NCBI GenBank assembly: GCA_031425655.1
Contig: JANPJS010000278.1
Coordinates: 1-39,651 of the forward strand
Reading direction: 5' to 3'
Length of the DNA: 39,651 nt
Source of the DNA: Abditibacteriaceae bacterium
Lineage (GTDB): Bacteria; Armatimonadota; Abditibacteriia; Abditibacteriales; Abditibacteriaceae
Made by a program: the position numbers and the translations under genes. The notes beneath the pieces are model-generated. The model was given only the letters and a program-made list of their open reading frames with translations. It did not search any database and was not told the DNA's origin. Below are positions 37,211-39,651 of the stretch, one piece after another. Positions within the stretch are counted from its first letter, which is position 1, and each line of letters opens with the position of its first letter.

Positions 37211-38187
37211 GCTTTTGCCTTCGCTGTGCGCCGCGCCGCGCGTTCGCTGCCTGCCAACAATTGAAATTGAATGACCGTCAAAATTAGCACGATGGCGAAA
37301 AGCAAATACGCGATGGCCGCGCCGTAGCCGATTTCGTATTGACTAAAGCCCTGCTGATACATATAAAGCGCCAAAGTCAGGCCGGAGCGCGCCGGGCCAG
37401 AACCGGGCGCGAAAAGCACATAAGTCTGGCCGAAAATCTGGAAGGCGCCTAAAACCGAGAAGACCAAGCAAAACAGCGTCGTCGGTTTAAGCAGCGGCCA
37501 AGTGACGTTGCGGAAGCGTTGCCACGGATTCGCGCCGTCAATTAACGCGGCTTCGTAATAATCGTCGGGAATGTTGTTCAATCCCGCGAGATAAAGCACC
37601 ATGTTGCCGCCCGCGCCCCACCAAACCGACATCAGCGCAATCGAAGGCATGACCCACGACGGGTTCGAGAGCCACGGAATCGGTTGATACGCCGCGAGAG
37701 GCAAACCCAACCCGCGCAAGCCGTTGACGGTGGCCGAAAGATACATATTCAAAAGCCCGATTTCGGTGTTATACAGCCAGCGCCACAAGACGGCGACGAC
37801 GGCGATGGAAATCACCACGGGCAGATAAAACGCGACGGTGTAAAAAGTCTTGAAACGCTTGATCGAGGACAATCCCAGCGCCAGCGACAACGACACCAGA
37901 TTGCCCAGCGGCACGACGAGCAGCACGAAGTAAATGGTGTTTCGTAGCGCAATCCAGAAAATATCGTCCGATAACGCCGCCGAGTAATTGGAGAAGCCGA
38001 CCAAAGGATGCGAATTCGACAAAACGTGCCAGCGATGCAGCGAAATATAAAAGCCGTAAACGACTGGCCCAAGCACGAAAGTAGCGAACAAAATCAGGTG
38101 AGGGAGGGCGAAAAGCCAACCAGAGGCCTCGTCGCCGCGCCATCGCGCCGCTTTGGGTTTTGCCTGAGAAACCGTGGAAGTATTCAT
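37207..38187 (-). CDS. Carbohydrate ABC transporter permease (MalF/UgpA-like)
   Basis: YEAALIDGA EAA motif; 4-bp overlaps with both neighbours. Confidence 0.93.
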   Translation of the reverse strand: MNTSTVSQAKPKAARWRGDEASGWLFALPHLILFATFVLGPVVYGFYISLHRWHVLSNSHPLVGFSNYSAALSDDIFWIALRNTIYFVLLVVPLGNLVSLSLALGLSSIKRFKTFYTVAFYLPVVISIAVVAVLWRWLYNTEIGLLNMYLSATVNGLRGLGLPLAAYQPIPWLSNPSWVMPSIALMSVWWGAGGNMVLYLAGLNNIPDDYYEAALIDGANPWQRFRNVTWPLLKPTTLFCLVFSVLGAFQIFGQTYVLFAPGSGPARSGLTLALYMYQQGFSQYEIGYGAAIAYLLFAIVLILTVIQFQLLAGSERAARRTAKAKA

Positions 38188-39482
38188 GGGCGTTTCAGCA
38201 CCTGCTCGATGCGGCGCTGCGAATCACGCAGCGCGTTTTCCGGCGTTTGCAAGTCGAGCAGCACCGATTCAATGGCCGGGTCAACGAAGGGAAACAGGGC
38301 ATTGGCGCGCGGACTGAGCGTTTCGTATTGCACGCTGGGCAACTGTTTGGCGAATTGCGCCTGCACTTTTAGCGCGGCGAATTCCGCAGAGCGTTGCACG
38401 TCGAGGCGCGCGGGAACCTGCCCGCCGGTGGCCCATTCGTAAGAGTTATCCGACAAAAAGCGCATGAAACGCCACGCGGCCTGCGACGCTTCCGGCGCGA
38501 TGCGGGCGGGTTGGCAGAGCAGGTGAGAGCCGCCCCACGCCGCGCCTTTTGGCCCGAATTGCGGGACGGGCGCGCCCGCGAAATCCAGCCCTTTTTGCTC
38601 TTCGAGCGAGGCCAGCATATAAATGCCTTCCATCACCATGGCGACTTTGCCCTGCCGAAACGCCAGCCACGAATCCACGCCTTCGGGGCGCGGCGCGATT
38701 TTGTGTTTGTAAATAAAATCGTGCATCAAATTCAGTGATTGGCGATTGGCGGGCGAATCCATGACGCAGGTTTTGACATCCGGCGAAAGAATACCGCCGC
38801 CGAATTGCCCTGTAATCGTGAGCCAGTTGGAGCGCTGATTGGTGAACACAAAACCCCACTGATCGGGTCGCCCATCGCGGTTGGTGTCTTTGGTCAGTTT
38901 GCGCGCCGAACTGAGAAACTCTTTTAAATCACGCGGGGGTTGGGCGTTGCCTTTGGCGTCCACGATTCCGGCCTCTTTGAACAATTTCGCGTTGTAATAA
39001 AGCCCGATGGGATGCACGTCCAAAGGCATGGCAAGCTGTTGACTTTGGTAGAAAGTGGCTTTCCACGGCACCGGCGCGAACTTTTCAGCGCGCAGCGGCG
39101 GTTTTGCGCTGGCGAAAAGCTCATCAAGCGCTTGCAGCGTCTTAAAGGACGCGAATTCCGGCAGGCGCGCCGCGTGCATGATGAAAACTTCGGGAGCGCC
39201 GCCGTAAGCCAGAGAAAGCGTCAATTTATCGTAATAAGTGCCCCACGGAATGATCTGCATCCGCACCGCGACATCAGGATTCTGCTTTTGAAACCGCTTG
39301 ACGATTTTTTCCATCGTCTTGCCGTCCGGGCCGGTAAAGCCGTTCCAAAAATCGAGGACGATTTTCTGGCCGGATTTTTCTACGCCGGGTGCATTGCCGC
39401 CGCGCCGCGCGCAGCCGATGAGCGCAAGCGGAAATAGACAGAAAATGCAAAAGGCCAATGTCACACGTCGAAAGGTAATCAT
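38184..39482 (-). CDS. Sugar ABC transporter substrate-binding lipoprotein
   Basis: Lipobox LIGC; FWNGFTGPDG, LYYNAKLFKEAG and FRQGKVAM. Confidence 0.92.
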   Translation of the reverse strand: MITFRRVTLAFCIFCLFPLALIGCARRGGNAPGVEKSGQKIVLDFWNGFTGPDGKTMEKIVKRFQKQNPDVAVRMQIIPWGTYYDKLTLSLAYGGAPEVFIMHAARLPEFASFKTLQALDELFASAKPPLRAEKFAPVPWKATFYQSQQLAMPLDVHPIGLYYNAKLFKEAGIVDAKGNAQPPRDLKEFLSSARKLTKDTNRDGRPDQWGFVFTNQRSNWLTITGQFGGGILSPDVKTCVMDSPANRQSLNLMHDFIYKHKIAPRPEGVDSWLAFRQGKVAMVMEGIYMLASLEEQKGLDFAGAPVPQFGPKGAAWGGSHLLCQPARIAPEASQAAWRFMRFLSDNSYEWATGGQVPARLDVQRSAEFAALKVQAQFAKQLPSVQYETLSPRANALFPFVDPAIESVLLDLQTPENALRDSQRRIEQVLKRP

Positions 39483-39573
39483 GGGCGACCAAAAACAGAT
39501 GTCTGCTCGTATTCGTAGTGGTTTAAGGAAGTGAGTTTTTGAAGGCGGGGCTTGCGCCCAATGGCATTAAGTT

Positions 39574-39651
39574 CGATCGGCTGCGTGCGCATGATCTGCT
39601 CCAGCTCGGCGTGGCGCCGCCCCTCCGACGTGCTGATGCCCACGTAGCGCA
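39574..39651 (-). pseudogene. Aldo/keto reductase-like fragment, 3'-truncated and running off the window end
   Basis: Minus strand reads RYVGISTSEGRRHAELEQIMRTQPI, resembling the AKR RYIG..S segment; similarity stops at 39573. Confidence 0.5.

Overview
Bacterial chromosomal window of moderately high GC; the protein style is compatible with Armatimonadota/Abditibacteriota, which is my inference and unverified. Left to right it holds: REP/MITE-like elements and a two-gene HEPN module; an AT-richer pair (secreted histidine phosphatase and an M15-like cell-wall peptidase); a nitroreductase, a CPA2 antiporter, a PRC-barrel protein and a DUF4139-like secreted protein; a four-gene phosphorelay headed by a ~2000-aa poly-HAMP hybrid kinase; radA, a PIN/TRAM gene and ispD; two mirror-image tadE-tadG pairs; a Gfo/Idh/MocA oxidoreductase; an RDD-signal peptidase I fusion whose nucleophile Ser is Ala; tRNA-Gly(CCC); a highly divergent sigma54-like factor coupled to a secreted gluzincin, def and fmt; a PhyH dioxygenase, rfbD, a second nitroreductase and a sugar ABC transporter. 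The window ends in a truncated aldo/keto reductase-like fragment. The strongest leads are the atypical sigma54 with an inverted -24/-12 site upstream, hairpins built from 7-15 bp tandem repeats at many gene junctions, a HEPN gene with a non-MNT partner, and a MITE that rewrote the last codon of radA. All family calls come from motif recognition by eye; no searches were run.
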